Counted from the first letter of the stretch, positions 9,460 to 19,168 are shown. The stretch: DNA of 64,000 nt from an uncultured Curvibacter sp. (GCA_963996595.1 CAXEHU010000097.1:35593-99592); one strand, 5' to 3'. Program-made: numbers and translations. The notes: generated by a model not told the origin, from the sequence alone.

Positions 9460-10536
9460 TCAATGCGGGAAGGGCCAGAGGCGCAGCTTCTGCTTGCCGA
9501 TGGACCAGAGCCGGGCCAGGCCATGCGGCTCGACGATCAGGAACCAGACGATGAGCGCGCCGAAGACCATGAATTCGGTGTGGGAGATCGCCGCGGTGGA
9601 GATTTCGACGCCGAAGAGCTGGCCGATGGCCGGCAGCAGCTGGTTGAGCACGATGGGCAGGATGACGATGAAGGCCGCGCCGAAGAAGCTGCCCATGATG
9701 GAGCCCAGGCCGCCGATGATGACCATGAAGAGCAGCTGGAAGGAGCGGTCCACCGAGAAGGCGGCCGGCTCCCAGGAGCCCAGGTACACAAAGCCCCAGA
9801 GCGCGCCGGCCACGCCGACGATGAAGGAGCTCACGGCAAAGGCGCTGAGCTTGGCGTACATGGGGCGGATGCCGATCACCGCCGCGGCCACGTCCATGTC
9901 GCGGATGGCCATCCATTCGCGGCCGATGGCGCTGCGCACCAGGTTCTTGGCCAGCAGCGCGAACAGCACCAGCAGCGCCAGGCAGAACAGGTACTTCTGC
10001 AGCGGCGTCTCCACGGGCAGGCCCAAGACCTGCAGGTTGGAGACCGAGACCGAGCCCGAGGGCGTGTTGTTGGTGAACCAGCCGATGCGCAGGAAGGCCC
10101 AGTCGCAGAAGAACTGCGCGGCCAGCGTGGCCACCGCCAGGTACAGGCCCTTGACGCGCAGGCTGGGGATGCCGAAGAACATGCCCACCAGCGTGGCGAA
10201 GAAGCCGCCCGAGAGCAGGGCCACGAGCAGGGGCATGCCCTCGATGCGCACAAAGGTGTTGTAGGCCGCGTAGGCGCCTACCGCCATGAAGGCCCCCGAA
10301 CCCAGCGAGATCTGGCCACAGTAGCCGACCAGGATGTTCACACCCACGGCCGCGAGCGCGAGGATGAGGAAGGGGATGAAGATGGCGCGGAACAGGTATT
10401 CGTCGGCTAACAGGGGCACGCCGACAAAGGCAAACGCGATCAGCGCCAGGATGGCCCAGCGGTCCTGCGCGATCCCAAAGATCTGCTGGTCCGCCGCGTA
10501 GGAGGTCTTGAACTGGCCGTTTTCTCTGTAAAACAT
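9460..10536 (-). CDS. Liv-type ABC transporter permease (LivM-like)
   Basis: 358 aa, polytopic, with the typical LivM pattern (GQISLGSGAFMAVGAYA). Confidence 0.9.
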   Translation of the reverse strand: MFYRENGQFKTSYAADQQIFGIAQDRWAILALIAFAFVGVPLLADEYLFRAIFIPFLILALAAVGVNILVGYCGQISLGSGAFMAVGAYAAYNTFVRIEGMPLLVALLSGGFFATLVGMFFGIPSLRVKGLYLAVATLAAQFFCDWAFLRIGWFTNNTPSGSVSVSNLQVLGLPVETPLQKYLFCLALLVLFALLAKNLVRSAIGREWMAIRDMDVAAAVIGIRPMYAKLSAFAVSSFIVGVAGALWGFVYLGSWEPAAFSVDRSFQLLFMVIIGGLGSIMGSFFGAAFIVILPIVLNQLLPAIGQLFGVEISTAAISHTEFMVFGALIVWFLIVEPHGLARLWSIGKQKLRLWPFPH

Positions 10537-10628
10537 CTTAGGGTTCCACGTTGAGCGTTGTGCGTTGAGCGGTTGGCATTGAGGGGAAGTTCACGCTGAA
10601 CGCCGAACACTCAACGCCCAACCTTCTG

Positions 10629-11558
10629 TCATACGCGGTCGATGATCTTCTCTCCAAACAAGCCCTGCGGCCTGAACAGCAGAAACACCAGCGCCAACAT
10701 GTAGGCAAACCAGATCTCGATGCCGCCGCCCACATAGGGGCCCAGATAGACTTCGGACAGCTTCTCGCCCACACCGATGATCAGGCCGCCGATGATGGCG
10801 CCGGGCACCGAGGTGAGGCCGCCCAGGATGATCACGGGCAGCGCGCGCAGCGCCACCGTGGTCAGCGAGAACTGCACGCCCAGCTTGCTGCCCCAGATCA
10901 TCCCGGCCACCAGGGCCACCACGCCGGCCACGCACCAGACGATGACCCAGATGCGGTTGAGCGGGATGCCGATGCTCTGCGCGGCCTGGTGGTCGTCGGC
11001 CACGGCGCGCAGGGCGCGCCCGGTGCCGGTCTTCTGGAAGAAGAGCGAGAGCCCGGCCACCAGCACGGCCGCGATGCCCGCGGCGATCAGGTCTTCCTGG
11101 CTCACCAGCACCCCGCCCTCGAACACCGACTGGAAGGCAAAGATCGGGTCCTTGGGCATGCCGATGTCGATCTTGTAGATGTCGCTGCCGAAGAGGGTCT
11201 GGCCCAGGCCGTCGAGGAAGTAGGTGATGCCCAGCGTGGCCATGAGCAGCGTCGCGCCCTCCTGGTTGACGAGGTGGCGCAGCACCAGGCGCTCGACCAG
11301 CCAGGCCACCACGAACATGCAGGCGCCGGCCAGAACGAAGGCCAGCACATTGGCCAGCCACTTGCTCTCGACGCCGATCCAGCCCGGCACCCATTCGGCG
11401 AAGCGCGCCATGGCCAGGGCCGCGAACAGCACCATGGCGCCCTGGGCGAAGTTGAACACGCCCGAGGCCTTGAAGATCAGCACGAAGCCCAGGGCCACGA
11501 GCGAATACAGCATGCCGGCCATCAGGCCGTTGAAGAGGGTTTCGATGAAAAACGCCAT
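10629..11558 (-). CDS. Liv-type ABC transporter permease (LivH-like)
   Basis: 309 aa, polytopic. N-terminus LFNGLMAGMLYSLVALGFVLIF..GVFNFAQG is typical of LivH. Confidence 0.9.
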   Translation of the reverse strand: MAFFIETLFNGLMAGMLYSLVALGFVLIFKASGVFNFAQGAMVLFAALAMARFAEWVPGWIGVESKWLANVLAFVLAGACMFVVAWLVERLVLRHLVNQEGATLLMATLGITYFLDGLGQTLFGSDIYKIDIGMPKDPIFAFQSVFEGGVLVSQEDLIAAGIAAVLVAGLSLFFQKTGTGRALRAVADDHQAAQSIGIPLNRIWVIVWCVAGVVALVAGMIWGSKLGVQFSLTTVALRALPVIILGGLTSVPGAIIGGLIIGVGEKLSEVYLGPYVGGGIEIWFAYMLALVFLLFRPQGLFGEKIIDRV

Positions 11559-11568
11559 GTCTGTGTCC

Positions 11569-12354
11569 TCAGTGGCTCGTGCCCAGATAGGCCCGGATCA
11601 CTTCCTCGTTGTTGCGCACCTCGTCGGGCGTGCCGTCGCCGATCTTCTTGCCGTAGTCCAGCACCACCACGCGGTCGCTGATGTCCATCACCACGCCCAT
11701 GTCGTGCTCGATCAGCACCACCGTGGTCCCGAACTCGTCGTTGATGTCGAGCACGAAGCGGCACATGTCCTGCTTCTCTTCCACGTTCATGCCGGCCATG
11801 GGCTCGTCCAGCAGCAGCACCTGCGGCTCCATGGCCAGGGCACGGCCCAGGTCCACGCGCTTTTGCAGCCCGTAGGGCAGCTGGCCCACGGGCGTCTTGC
11901 GGTAGGCCTGGATCTCGAGGAAGTCGATGATGTGTTCGACGAACTCGCGGTGACGGATCTCCTCGCGTTCGGCCGGGCCGATGCGCAGCGCCTGCAGCAG
12001 GATGTTGCTGCGGATCTTGAGGTTGCGCCCCGTCATGATGTTGTCCAGCACGCTCATGCCTTTGAACAAGGCCAGGTTCTGGAAGGTGCGCGCCACGCCC
12101 ATCTCGGCCACCTGGCGGCTGTTCATGTGACTGAAAGTCTGGCCGCGGAAGGTGATGGTGCCGTGCTGCGGCGTATAGACGCCGTTGATGCAGTTGAGCA
12201 TGGAGCTCTTGCCCGCGCCGTTGGGGCCGATGATGGCGCGGATCTCGTGCTCGCGCACATTGAAGGAGATGTCGGTCAGCGCCTTCACGCCGCCGAAGGC
12301 CAGCGAGATGTTCTGCACGTCGAGGATGACCTCGCCCAGGGTACGTTGCTTCAT
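11569..12354 (-). CDS. Liv-type ABC transporter ATP-binding protein (LivG-like)
   Basis: Walker A GPNGAGKSS, Walker B LLLDEPMAGM, and the C-terminal LivG-type motif EVIRAYLG. Confidence 0.9.
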   Translation of the reverse strand: MKQRTLGEVILDVQNISLAFGGVKALTDISFNVREHEIRAIIGPNGAGKSSMLNCINGVYTPQHGTITFRGQTFSHMNSRQVAEMGVARTFQNLALFKGMSVLDNIMTGRNLKIRSNILLQALRIGPAEREEIRHREFVEHIIDFLEIQAYRKTPVGQLPYGLQKRVDLGRALAMEPQVLLLDEPMAGMNVEEKQDMCRFVLDINDEFGTTVVLIEHDMGVVMDISDRVVVLDYGKKIGDGTPDEVRNNEEVIRAYLGTSH

Positions 12355-12367
12355 CGTTCTTCTGCTC

Positions 12368-14305
12368 TCAGGCGGCCTTGGCCATGGCGGGATAGCGTTT
12401 TGCCTCGCGGATCGGCAGCGTGGCCGAGACCATACCCGTGCGTCCGTCCTCGAACTTGACCTGGGTCTCGATGTACTGCTCGCTGCGACCAGCGTAGAGC
12501 GCGTCGATCAGCACCTGGTACTTGTCGCCGATGAAGCCGCGGCGCACCTTGCGCGTGCGCGTGAGCTCGTCGTCGTCCGGGTCGAGCTCCTTGTGCAGCA
12601 CAAGGAAGCGCGCGATCTGCGTGTCGGCCATGCCCTCCTCGGCGGCGAGGTCGGCGTTGACCTGGGCCACGGAGTCGGCCAGCATGTCCAGCACCTGGGG
12701 CTTGCTCGCCAGGTCCACATAGCCGCCGTAGGGCAGGCCCTGGCGCTCGGCCCAGTTGCCCACGGCCTCGAAGTCGATGTTCAGGAAGGCGCAGACCTGC
12801 TCGCGTCCGTGGCCGAAGACCACCGCCTCCTTGATCTGCGGGAAGAACTTGAGCTTGTTCTCGATGTAGTTGGGCGCAAAGATGGCGCCGCTGGCCATCT
12901 TGCCCACGTCCTTGGCGCGGTCGATGATGTGCAGGTGCCCGTCGTGGTCGATGCGGCCCGCGTCGCCGGTGTGGAAGTAACCCTGCGCGTCCATCACCTC
13001 GGCCGTGGCGTCCGGGCGCTTGTAGTACTCCTTGAGCACCGACACGCCCTTGACCAGCACCTCGCCGTTGTCGGCGATCTTGATCTCGATGCCCGGCGCC
13101 GCCTCGCCCACACTGTTGAGCTTGACGCGGCCGTTCTTCTGGATGCAGACGTAGGCGCAGGTTTCGGTCTGGCCGTAGAGCTGCTTGAGGTTGATGCCAA
13201 TCGACCGGTAGAAGCGGAACAGGTCCGGCCCGATGGCCGCGCCCGCCGTGTAGGCCACGCGGATGCGCGATAGCCCCAGCACATTGCGCAACGGCCCGTA
13301 GACCAGCGCATTTCCCAGGGCGTAGAGCAGGCGGTCGGTGAGGGGCACGGGCTTGCCGTCCAGGATCTCGGCGCCGCAGCGCCGCGCCACCGCCATGAAC
13401 TTCTGGTACAGCCAGCGCTTGGGTGCGGCCGCGTCCTCCATGCGGATGGAGACCGAGGTCAGCATGCCCTCGAACACCCGCGGCGGCGCGAAGTAGTAGC
13501 TCGGCCCGATCTCGCGCAGGTCGATGCTCACCGTGGCCGCCGATTCCGGGCAGTTGATCGTGAAGCCGGCCACCAGCCACTGGGCGATGGAGAACAGGTG
13601 GTCGCCCACCCAGGCCGGCGGCAGGTAGGAAATGATGTTGTCCTCGGGCACCAGGCCGTCCACCTCCACGCCGCCCTGCGCCGCGCGGATGAAGCTCTCG
13701 TGCGTCTGGCACACGCCCTTGGGCCGGCCCGTGGTGCCCGAGGTGTAGAGGATGACCGACACGTCGCCGGGCTGGCCCTGGGCCACCGACTGCTCGTAGA
13801 ACTGCGGGTGCTGTTGCGCGTATTGGCGGCCGAACTCGAACAGGCGCTCGATGCTGATCAGCCCCTCGTGGCTGTAGTTGCGCAGGCCGCGCGGGTCGTC
13901 GTAGATGATGTGCTTGAGCAGGCCCGGGACGCTCTCGCGCAGCTCCAGCAGCTTGTCCACCTGCTCCTGGTTCTCGGCAAAGGCGAACTGGATCTCGGCG
14001 TCCTGCAGCACGAAGGCCATCTCGCTGGCGATCGCGTCCTGGTACATGGGCACGGGCACGCCGCGCAGGCTCTGCGCCGCGATGAAGGCCATGTAGAGAT
14101 GCGGCCGGTTGTCCCCCACGATGGCCAGGTTCTGGCCCGGCTCGAAACCCAGCGCCGCCAGGCCGCAGCTCATGAGCTTCACGTCCTCGGCTGCACGCGC
14201 CCAGCTCCAGGTCTGCCAGATGCCGTATTCCTTCTCGCGCAAGGCCGGCGCTGCGGGGCGCTGGGCTGCGTGCTGCATCATCAGTCGCGGAAAAGTCGTC
14301 TGCAT
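12368..14305 (-). CDS. AMP-dependent acyl-CoA synthetase (long-chain fatty-acid-CoA ligase-like)
   Basis: The AMP-binding motif YTSGTTGRPKGV, plus GYFHTGDAG and the rest of the fold pattern. Start trimmed to the ATG at 14305 (MQTTFPRL), with GGAAACAGG upstream. Confidence 0.88.
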   Translation of the reverse strand: MQTTFPRLMMQHAAQRPAAPALREKEYGIWQTWSWARAAEDVKLMSCGLAALGFEPGQNLAIVGDNRPHLYMAFIAAQSLRGVPVPMYQDAIASEMAFVLQDAEIQFAFAENQEQVDKLLELRESVPGLLKHIIYDDPRGLRNYSHEGLISIERLFEFGRQYAQQHPQFYEQSVAQGQPGDVSVILYTSGTTGRPKGVCQTHESFIRAAQGGVEVDGLVPEDNIISYLPPAWVGDHLFSIAQWLVAGFTINCPESAATVSIDLREIGPSYYFAPPRVFEGMLTSVSIRMEDAAAPKRWLYQKFMAVARRCGAEILDGKPVPLTDRLLYALGNALVYGPLRNVLGLSRIRVAYTAGAAIGPDLFRFYRSIGINLKQLYGQTETCAYVCIQKNGRVKLNSVGEAAPGIEIKIADNGEVLVKGVSVLKEYYKRPDATAEVMDAQGYFHTGDAGRIDHDGHLHIIDRAKDVGKMASGAIFAPNYIENKLKFFPQIKEAVVFGHGREQVCAFLNIDFEAVGNWAERQGLPYGGYVDLASKPQVLDMLADSVAQVNADLAAEEGMADTQIARFLVLHKELDPDDDELTRTRKVRRGFIGDKYQVLIDALYAGRSEQYIETQVKFEDGRTGMVSATLPIREAKRYPAMAKAA

Positions 14306-14381
14306 CCTGTTTCCTTCTGGACTCGGCCTGCCATATCGCATGGCGCTTGCAGTTCATGGTAGGACGGAGTTTGACGTTGTG

Positions 14382-14399
14382 TTGTCGTTGCGACGACAA
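14382..14399. promoter_or_regulatory. Candidate operator palindrome in the divergent ligase/Crp intergenic region
   Basis: TTGTCGT-tgcg-ACGACAA (7-bp arms). Located between the ligase start (14305) and the Crp-family start (14459). Confidence 0.35.
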
Positions 14400-14458
14400 T
14401 TCAGGGCAATCCCTAGCTGGGACTTACCCGCCCTGCCTCGCCCAGTCCACGCCTGTCC

Positions 14459-15169
14459 ATGACAACCGAATCCAGCCTGCACCAACGCCGCCGCGCCCTG
14501 ACCGAATCCGAGCTTGCGGGCATCCCCTGGCTGCCGCGGCTTACCGCCGAGGAACGCGCCTACGCCGTGAGCGAGCTGCAGATCGGCGAAGCGTTGCCCG
14601 GCGATCTGGTCTGCCGCGTGGGCCGGCCCGTGACCTACTGGTTCGGCGTGGTCGACGGTCTGCTCAAGATGAGCGCCGGGAATCCCGACGGGCAGTCCCT
14701 GACCTTCACCGGTGTGCCGCCCGGCGGCTGGTTCGGCGAGGGCACGGTGCTCAAGCGCGAGGCCTACCGCTACAACATCCAGGCACTGCGCAAAAGCCTG
14801 GTGGCCGGCCTGCCCGTGGACAGCTTCCACCGCCTGCTGGACCAGTCCATCGGCTTCAACCGCTTCGTGATGAACCAGCTCAACGAGCGCCTGGGCCAGT
14901 TCATCGCCGCGCGCGAGATTGACCGCCTTAACAGCCCGGACCTGCGCGTCGCGCGCAGCCTGGCCGCGCTCTTCAACCCCGTGCTCTACCCCGGCGTGGG
15001 CGAGATGCTGCGCATCACCCAGCAGGAGCTGGCCTATCTCGTGGGCCTGTCACGCCAGCGCGTCAACGAAGCCCTGGCCACGCTGGAGGAGCTCAAGCTC
15101 ATCAAGGTCGAATACGGCGGCCTGCGCGTGCTCGACCTCAACGGCCTGCGCCAGCTGCGCGTGCTCTGA
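14459..15169 (+). CDS. Crp/Fnr-family transcriptional regulator
   Basis: 236 aa with an N-terminal cNMP-binding-like beta-roll (YWFGVVDGLLK..GWFGEG) and a C-terminal HTH (ITQQELAYLVGLSRQRVNEAL). Confidence 0.85.
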   Translation: MTTESSLHQRRRALTESELAGIPWLPRLTAEERAYAVSELQIGEALPGDLVCRVGRPVTYWFGVVDGLLKMSAGNPDGQSLTFTGVPPGGWFGEGTVLKREAYRYNIQALRKSLVAGLPVDSFHRLLDQSIGFNRFVMNQLNERLGQFIAAREIDRLNSPDLRVARSLAALFNPVLYPGVGEMLRITQQELAYLVGLSRQRVNEALATLEELKLIKVEYGGLRVLDLNGLRQLRVL

Positions 15170-17227
15170 TCACAAGGGCACGTTCAGCCGCGCCCCCAGC
15201 GTCCAGTTGCGGCCCGGTGCGGGCTCGTAGAACTGGCTCGCCGCCTGGTTCACGATGACCGAGCCCACATAGGCCTTGTCGCCCACGTTGTCGATGCGCG
15301 CATAGGCGGTGAGGTTGCCCTGGCCCACCGCCCAGCCGTGGCTGGCCTTGAGATGGGCGATGGCGTAGCCATCGGCGCTGGCGGTGTTGGTGTCGTTGGC
15401 ATACAGGCGGCCCGCACGCACCAGCTCCACACCGGCCTGCGTGCCCAGGCGCGCGGCACGCGGTGCCGTGTCGAGCGCCCGGGACGACCACAAGAGTTCC
15501 GAGAACAGGAAGTTCTGGGGAATGCCAGGCATACGGTTGCCCTCGTTCACCGTCGCGCCATTGCTCACAAACGTTTGCGTGAACTGCGCATCGACCGAGG
15601 AAGCCGAGAGCTGGGCTCGCCAGTTCGGGCTCAGCAAGGTCCGCCCGCCCAGCTCCCAGCCGGTGCGGGTGGTTCCAGGGGCGTTCTTGTAGGCGGTGCT
15701 GCCGCCGCTGCTGACCGCAACCACGATCTCATCGGTGGTCTGAATGCGGAACAGCGTGAAGTCCACGCGCGAGCGTGGATTGGGCACCCACTTGCTGCCC
15801 AGCTCGTAGTGCTGGCTGCGTGCCGCGTTGATGTTGGGATTGAAGTTGGGTGCGCCTGTTCCGGTATAGGCCACCTCCACCAGCGTCGGCGTCTCGAAAC
15901 CCTTGCCGTAGTTGGCATAGACGTTGAGCGTATCGAGCGCATGCCAGGTCAAACCCAGCACCGGATTGGTCGCGCTGTAGCGCACATCACCCGAGCCGTT
16001 GCCGTTGCTGAGGAAGTAATCTTCGCTGGCGATACGCACGGTGCTGGCCCGCAGTCCCGCCGTGGCCGACCAACGCTCTGCCATCAACACCGTGGCTTGG
16101 CCAAACGCATCGCTGTTGCGTGCACGGTTGTCCTCGTTGCGGGTGATCGCACCGCTCTTTTCGCCGCCGCTCACACCACCGGATTGGCGACGCTCCGTGG
16201 AGTAGTCGTACTCATAACCGGCCACCCAGTTCACGGGCCGATCACCCCATCGTGTCTGCACGTTGTACTGCAGGCCAGCGCCATAGTAATCACGGTTCAA
16301 GCCCACCCAATTGGTGGGCAGGTACTGCAAGTTCTCCCGTGTGCCGTAGTAAAGCCGGGCGGTCACAGAGCGGTTGGCATCCAGGGCATGCGTCACGGAG
16401 CTGCCCGCCTGGCTCTGGCTCGTGATCTTGCGCAGACGCGCGCTGACCGCATTGGTCCCCGCCTGCTGCGGGTTTGCCGCCAGCTGATCCGCGCGTAGCC
16501 CCACCGGGTCCTGCGCCAACGGCATGTCGAAGTGGTTGAACACCAGGTTCACACGCGTGCCCGCATCGGGTCCGAAGCTGATCTTGCTGTTGAACTGCTT
16601 GCGCTCGGTGGCGCTGTTGTCGCGGTAGCCGTCGGTGCTCAAGGTGCTGTAGTCGGCCACCAGGCCCACCGTGCCCACGCGGCCGGCCATCTGCACGTCG
16701 CTGCGCCGCAGGCCGTAAGAACCCACATAGCCCTGCACGCTGAACTCGGGCACCTCGGGCGCCTCGCGCGTCCAGGCCTGGATCACGCCGCCGGCCGAGT
16801 TGCCGTACATCAGCGCCAGCGGCCCGCGCAGCACCTCGATGCGCTCGGTGGACGTGAGCGCGATGGACGATCCCTGACCCTGCCCGTCAGGTGTGGTGGC
16901 CGGAATGCCGTCGATCAGCAGGCGGATGCCGCGGATGCCGAAGGCCGAGCGTGCCCCGAAGCCGCGGATCGACACCTGCAGGTCCTGCGCGTAGTTCTGC
17001 CGGTTCAGGATGGTCAGGCCGGGCACACGGGTCAGCGACTCCGACAGATTGACCTGCGGGCCCGCACTCTGGATGGTCTCGCGCTCCACCGACTCGATGG
17101 ACGCCGGCGCATCAAAGCTGCGCTGCTGGGCGCGCGAAGCCGAGATGACGACATCTTCCAGCGTCTGTGCGGACAACGGCGCAGCGCCCAGGGTCGCCAC
17201 GACCAGGGCGATGGTCTTTTTTCTCAC
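15170..17227 (-). CDS. TonB-dependent outer-membrane receptor
   Basis: 685 aa with a signal peptide, a plug region (DVVISASR.., LTRVPGLTI, SIRGFGARS, LLIDGIP) and a long beta-barrel-like remainder. GTG start with a GGAG RBS. The substrate cannot be determined from sequence. Confidence 0.9.
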   Translation of the reverse strand: MRKKTIALVVATLGAAPLSAQTLEDVVISASRAQQRSFDAPASIESVERETIQSAGPQVNLSESLTRVPGLTILNRQNYAQDLQVSIRGFGARSAFGIRGIRLLIDGIPATTPDGQGQGSSIALTSTERIEVLRGPLALMYGNSAGGVIQAWTREAPEVPEFSVQGYVGSYGLRRSDVQMAGRVGTVGLVADYSTLSTDGYRDNSATERKQFNSKISFGPDAGTRVNLVFNHFDMPLAQDPVGLRADQLAANPQQAGTNAVSARLRKITSQSQAGSSVTHALDANRSVTARLYYGTRENLQYLPTNWVGLNRDYYGAGLQYNVQTRWGDRPVNWVAGYEYDYSTERRQSGGVSGGEKSGAITRNEDNRARNSDAFGQATVLMAERWSATAGLRASTVRIASEDYFLSNGNGSGDVRYSATNPVLGLTWHALDTLNVYANYGKGFETPTLVEVAYTGTGAPNFNPNINAARSQHYELGSKWVPNPRSRVDFTLFRIQTTDEIVVAVSSGGSTAYKNAPGTTRTGWELGGRTLLSPNWRAQLSASSVDAQFTQTFVSNGATVNEGNRMPGIPQNFLFSELLWSSRALDTAPRAARLGTQAGVELVRAGRLYANDTNTASADGYAIAHLKASHGWAVGQGNLTAYARIDNVGDKAYVGSVIVNQAASQFYEPAPGRNWTLGARLNVPL

Positions 17228-17386
17228 GGTTCAGTCTCCTCGTTTTGTTCTGTTCCCGACGCGGGGCCGGGCGGCCGGCGGGTGACATGCATCACGCTCC
17301 AGGCCGTCGCGCATCATGCGCGAAAACGCCGCACTCGGCGCGCCCGCGAAATTGGCACTGTTGCCAGCCGGCCTTTTGTTCTGCGC

Positions 17387-17448
17387 TTGACACCCCCATG
17401 CGCGCACCTATCATGAAATGCGTTCTCCCATCTCATGAGAGAGAACGC
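17387..17448 (+). promoter_or_regulatory. Sigma-70-like promoter plus an inverted repeat at the predicted transcript start of dehydrogenase gene 1
   Basis: TTGACA (17387-17392), a 16-nt spacer, then TATCAT (17409-17414), followed by GCGTTCTC-N13-GAGAACGC (17420-17448). Confidence 0.45.
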
Positions 17449-17506
17449 CCTCTTCAGACGAGAGAGCGGCAAGCCAAACCAAATCAAACCAACCAGGAGA
17501 CAAGCG

Positions 17507-18772
17507 ATGAAGCGGTTACTTCTTCTTGCGGCCATACCCGCCTTGTTCGCGGGCTGCGCCACCACCACCACCAGCGTCCCCGAGGGCCCTCGGCTGACCT
17601 ACAGCCCGGTGCTGGACAAGCTCGACAGCCCTTGGGACATGGCCTTCCTGTCCGACGGCACCATGTTCTACACCGAGAAGTGTCTGGGTCTCTCGGTGCG
17701 ACGAGCCAATGGCAACGTGTCCAAGATCCTGGGCATGAAGGATGCCAAGGGCTACGGCTCCACGGCCAATGACCTGTTCTGCGAAGGCCAGGCGGGCATG
17801 GCCGGGGTGGCCGCCGATCCCAACTTCCAGAACAACCGCACGGTCTATGTCTACTCGTCTTCGAGCATGACCGCGCCCGGGACGAACCGCGTGTTGCGGC
17901 TGCGCCTCAACGACACGCTGACCGCGGTGGCGGAGCGCACCGACATCGTGACCGACATCCCCTACAAGCCGCGCGCCAGTGACCACCCCTTCGGCGGGCC
18001 GGGCGCGCACAACGGCGGTCGCATCCGCTTCAGCCCCGGTGATGGCTACCTCTACGTGACCACGGGCGACACCCACAACGGCGTCGTACCGCAAAGCCCC
18101 ACGCTCATCGGCGGCAAGGTGCTGCGCATCGACCGCGACGGCAAGGCCGCGCCGGGCAACGGCGCACCGGCCGGCTTCGATCCGCGCATCTACACCTACG
18201 GCCATCGCAACCCGCAGGGCATCACCTTCCGTCCCGGAACCAACCAGCCCTACACGGCCGAGAACGGCCCCTGGCACAGCGACGAGGTCACCGCGCTGGT
18301 GCCTGGCGGCAATGCCGGCTGGGATCCGCGTCCCAATGTGGGTGGCCGCGGTGCCTGCCCGGACAACTACTGCGGCTACAGCCCGAACCAGATGGGCGCG
18401 ATGGACCCGAAGGAACGCGCGGCCTTCATGCCCATGACGGACACCAAGACCTATCCGAACGCCATGCGCCCCGCGTGGAACAACGATGGCCTGTCGCAGG
18501 GCATGTTCGGCACCACCTTCCTGGCCGGTCCGCAGTGGAAGGGCTGGAACGGAAAACTCGCGGTGGGCTTTGGCGGCATCGGCATCCACGGCACGCCCGT
18601 GGGCAACCGCATCGACATCCTGGACATCGCGGCGGACGGCCAGTCTGCGAAGCGCACCACGGTCAACCTGCCCATGCCGGCCGCGCGCTTCCGCTCCCTG
18701 GTCCAGGGCCCGGACGGCAGCCTGTACGTGGCCACCGACGAGGGCTCGATCGCGCGGCTGACGCCGAACTGA
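17507..18772 (+). CDS. Soluble PQQ-type glucose/sorbosone dehydrogenase family beta-propeller protein (aldose sugar dehydrogenase-like), lipoprotein
   Basis: Lipobox LFAGC. Motifs HNGGRIRF, GKVLRIDRDG, YTYGHRNPQGITF and GWDP are typical of the SGDH/YliI family. Start trimmed to the ATG at 17507, with an AGGAGA RBS. Confidence 0.85.
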   Translation: MKRLLLLAAIPALFAGCATTTTSVPEGPRLTYSPVLDKLDSPWDMAFLSDGTMFYTEKCLGLSVRRANGNVSKILGMKDAKGYGSTANDLFCEGQAGMAGVAADPNFQNNRTVYVYSSSSMTAPGTNRVLRLRLNDTLTAVAERTDIVTDIPYKPRASDHPFGGPGAHNGGRIRFSPGDGYLYVTTGDTHNGVVPQSPTLIGGKVLRIDRDGKAAPGNGAPAGFDPRIYTYGHRNPQGITFRPGTNQPYTAENGPWHSDEVTALVPGGNAGWDPRPNVGGRGACPDNYCGYSPNQMGAMDPKERAAFMPMTDTKTYPNAMRPAWNNDGLSQGMFGTTFLAGPQWKGWNGKLAVGFGGIGIHGTPVGNRIDILDIAADGQSAKRTTVNLPMPAARFRSLVQGPDGSLYVATDEGSIARLTPN

Positions 18773-18801
18773 TGCGCCAGCCTTGAACCTGTGCGCGTGA
18801 C

Positions 18802-18832
18802 GCGTGGGAGCCCCGGGGCTCCCACGCTTTTT
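18802..18832 (+). terminator. Intrinsic-terminator-like hairpin between dehydrogenase 1 and its cytochrome c gene
   Basis: 26-nt perfect palindrome GCGTGGGAGCCCC|GGGGCTCCCACGC followed by TTTTT. Confidence 0.75.
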
Positions 18833-18850
18833 GGAATCAGAGGAGATCCC

Positions 18851-19168
18851 GTGAAGTTTGCATCCATCTGCACCCTCATCGCCTTGGGGCTGCTGGCGCC
18901 CGCTGGCCAGGCACTGGCTGACGAGGACGAGTTGTACAAGACCAAGAACTGTTTTGCCTGCCATCGGGTCGACAGAAACCACCTCGGCCCCTCGTTCAAG
19001 AGCATCGCCACCAAATACGCTGACGAGCAAGGCATGGACGAAAAACTCGCCCGCAAGGTGCGCGAGGGCAGCGTCGGCGTCTGGGGCCAGGTCCCCATGC
19101 CGGCCCAGCCCCAGGTCAGCGAAGCCGAAGCGCTGACGTTGGCGCGCTGGATCCTCACGCGCAAGTGA
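18851..19168 (+). CDS. Class I monohaem cytochrome c (c551/c552-like)
   Basis: Signal peptide followed by CFACH haem motif and a distal PMP (Met ligand region). GTG start at 18851 with a GGAG RBS. Confidence 0.85.
   Translation: MKFASICTLIALGLLAPAGQALADEDELYKTKNCFACHRVDRNHLGPSFKSIATKYADEQGMDEKLARKVREGSVGVWGQVPMPAQPQVSEAEALTLARWILTRK

Noticed and set aside
15167-15172. The stop codons of the convergent Crp-family and TonB-receptor genes abut exactly, forming the palindrome TGATCA with no intergenic space.
   Set aside because: This is real but probably an incidental packing feature. It has no associated structure and I can propose no testable function beyond possible transcriptional interference.
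17228-17386. A possible cobalamin or other riboswitch in the leader of the TonB-dependent receptor gene, and likewise upstream of the B12-dependent icmF.
   Set aside because: I could not find a B12-box-like core or the usual conserved GGGAA / GCCACTG elements on the relevant strand. There are only short palindromes, so I have no basis for an RNA-element call without a covariance-model scan.
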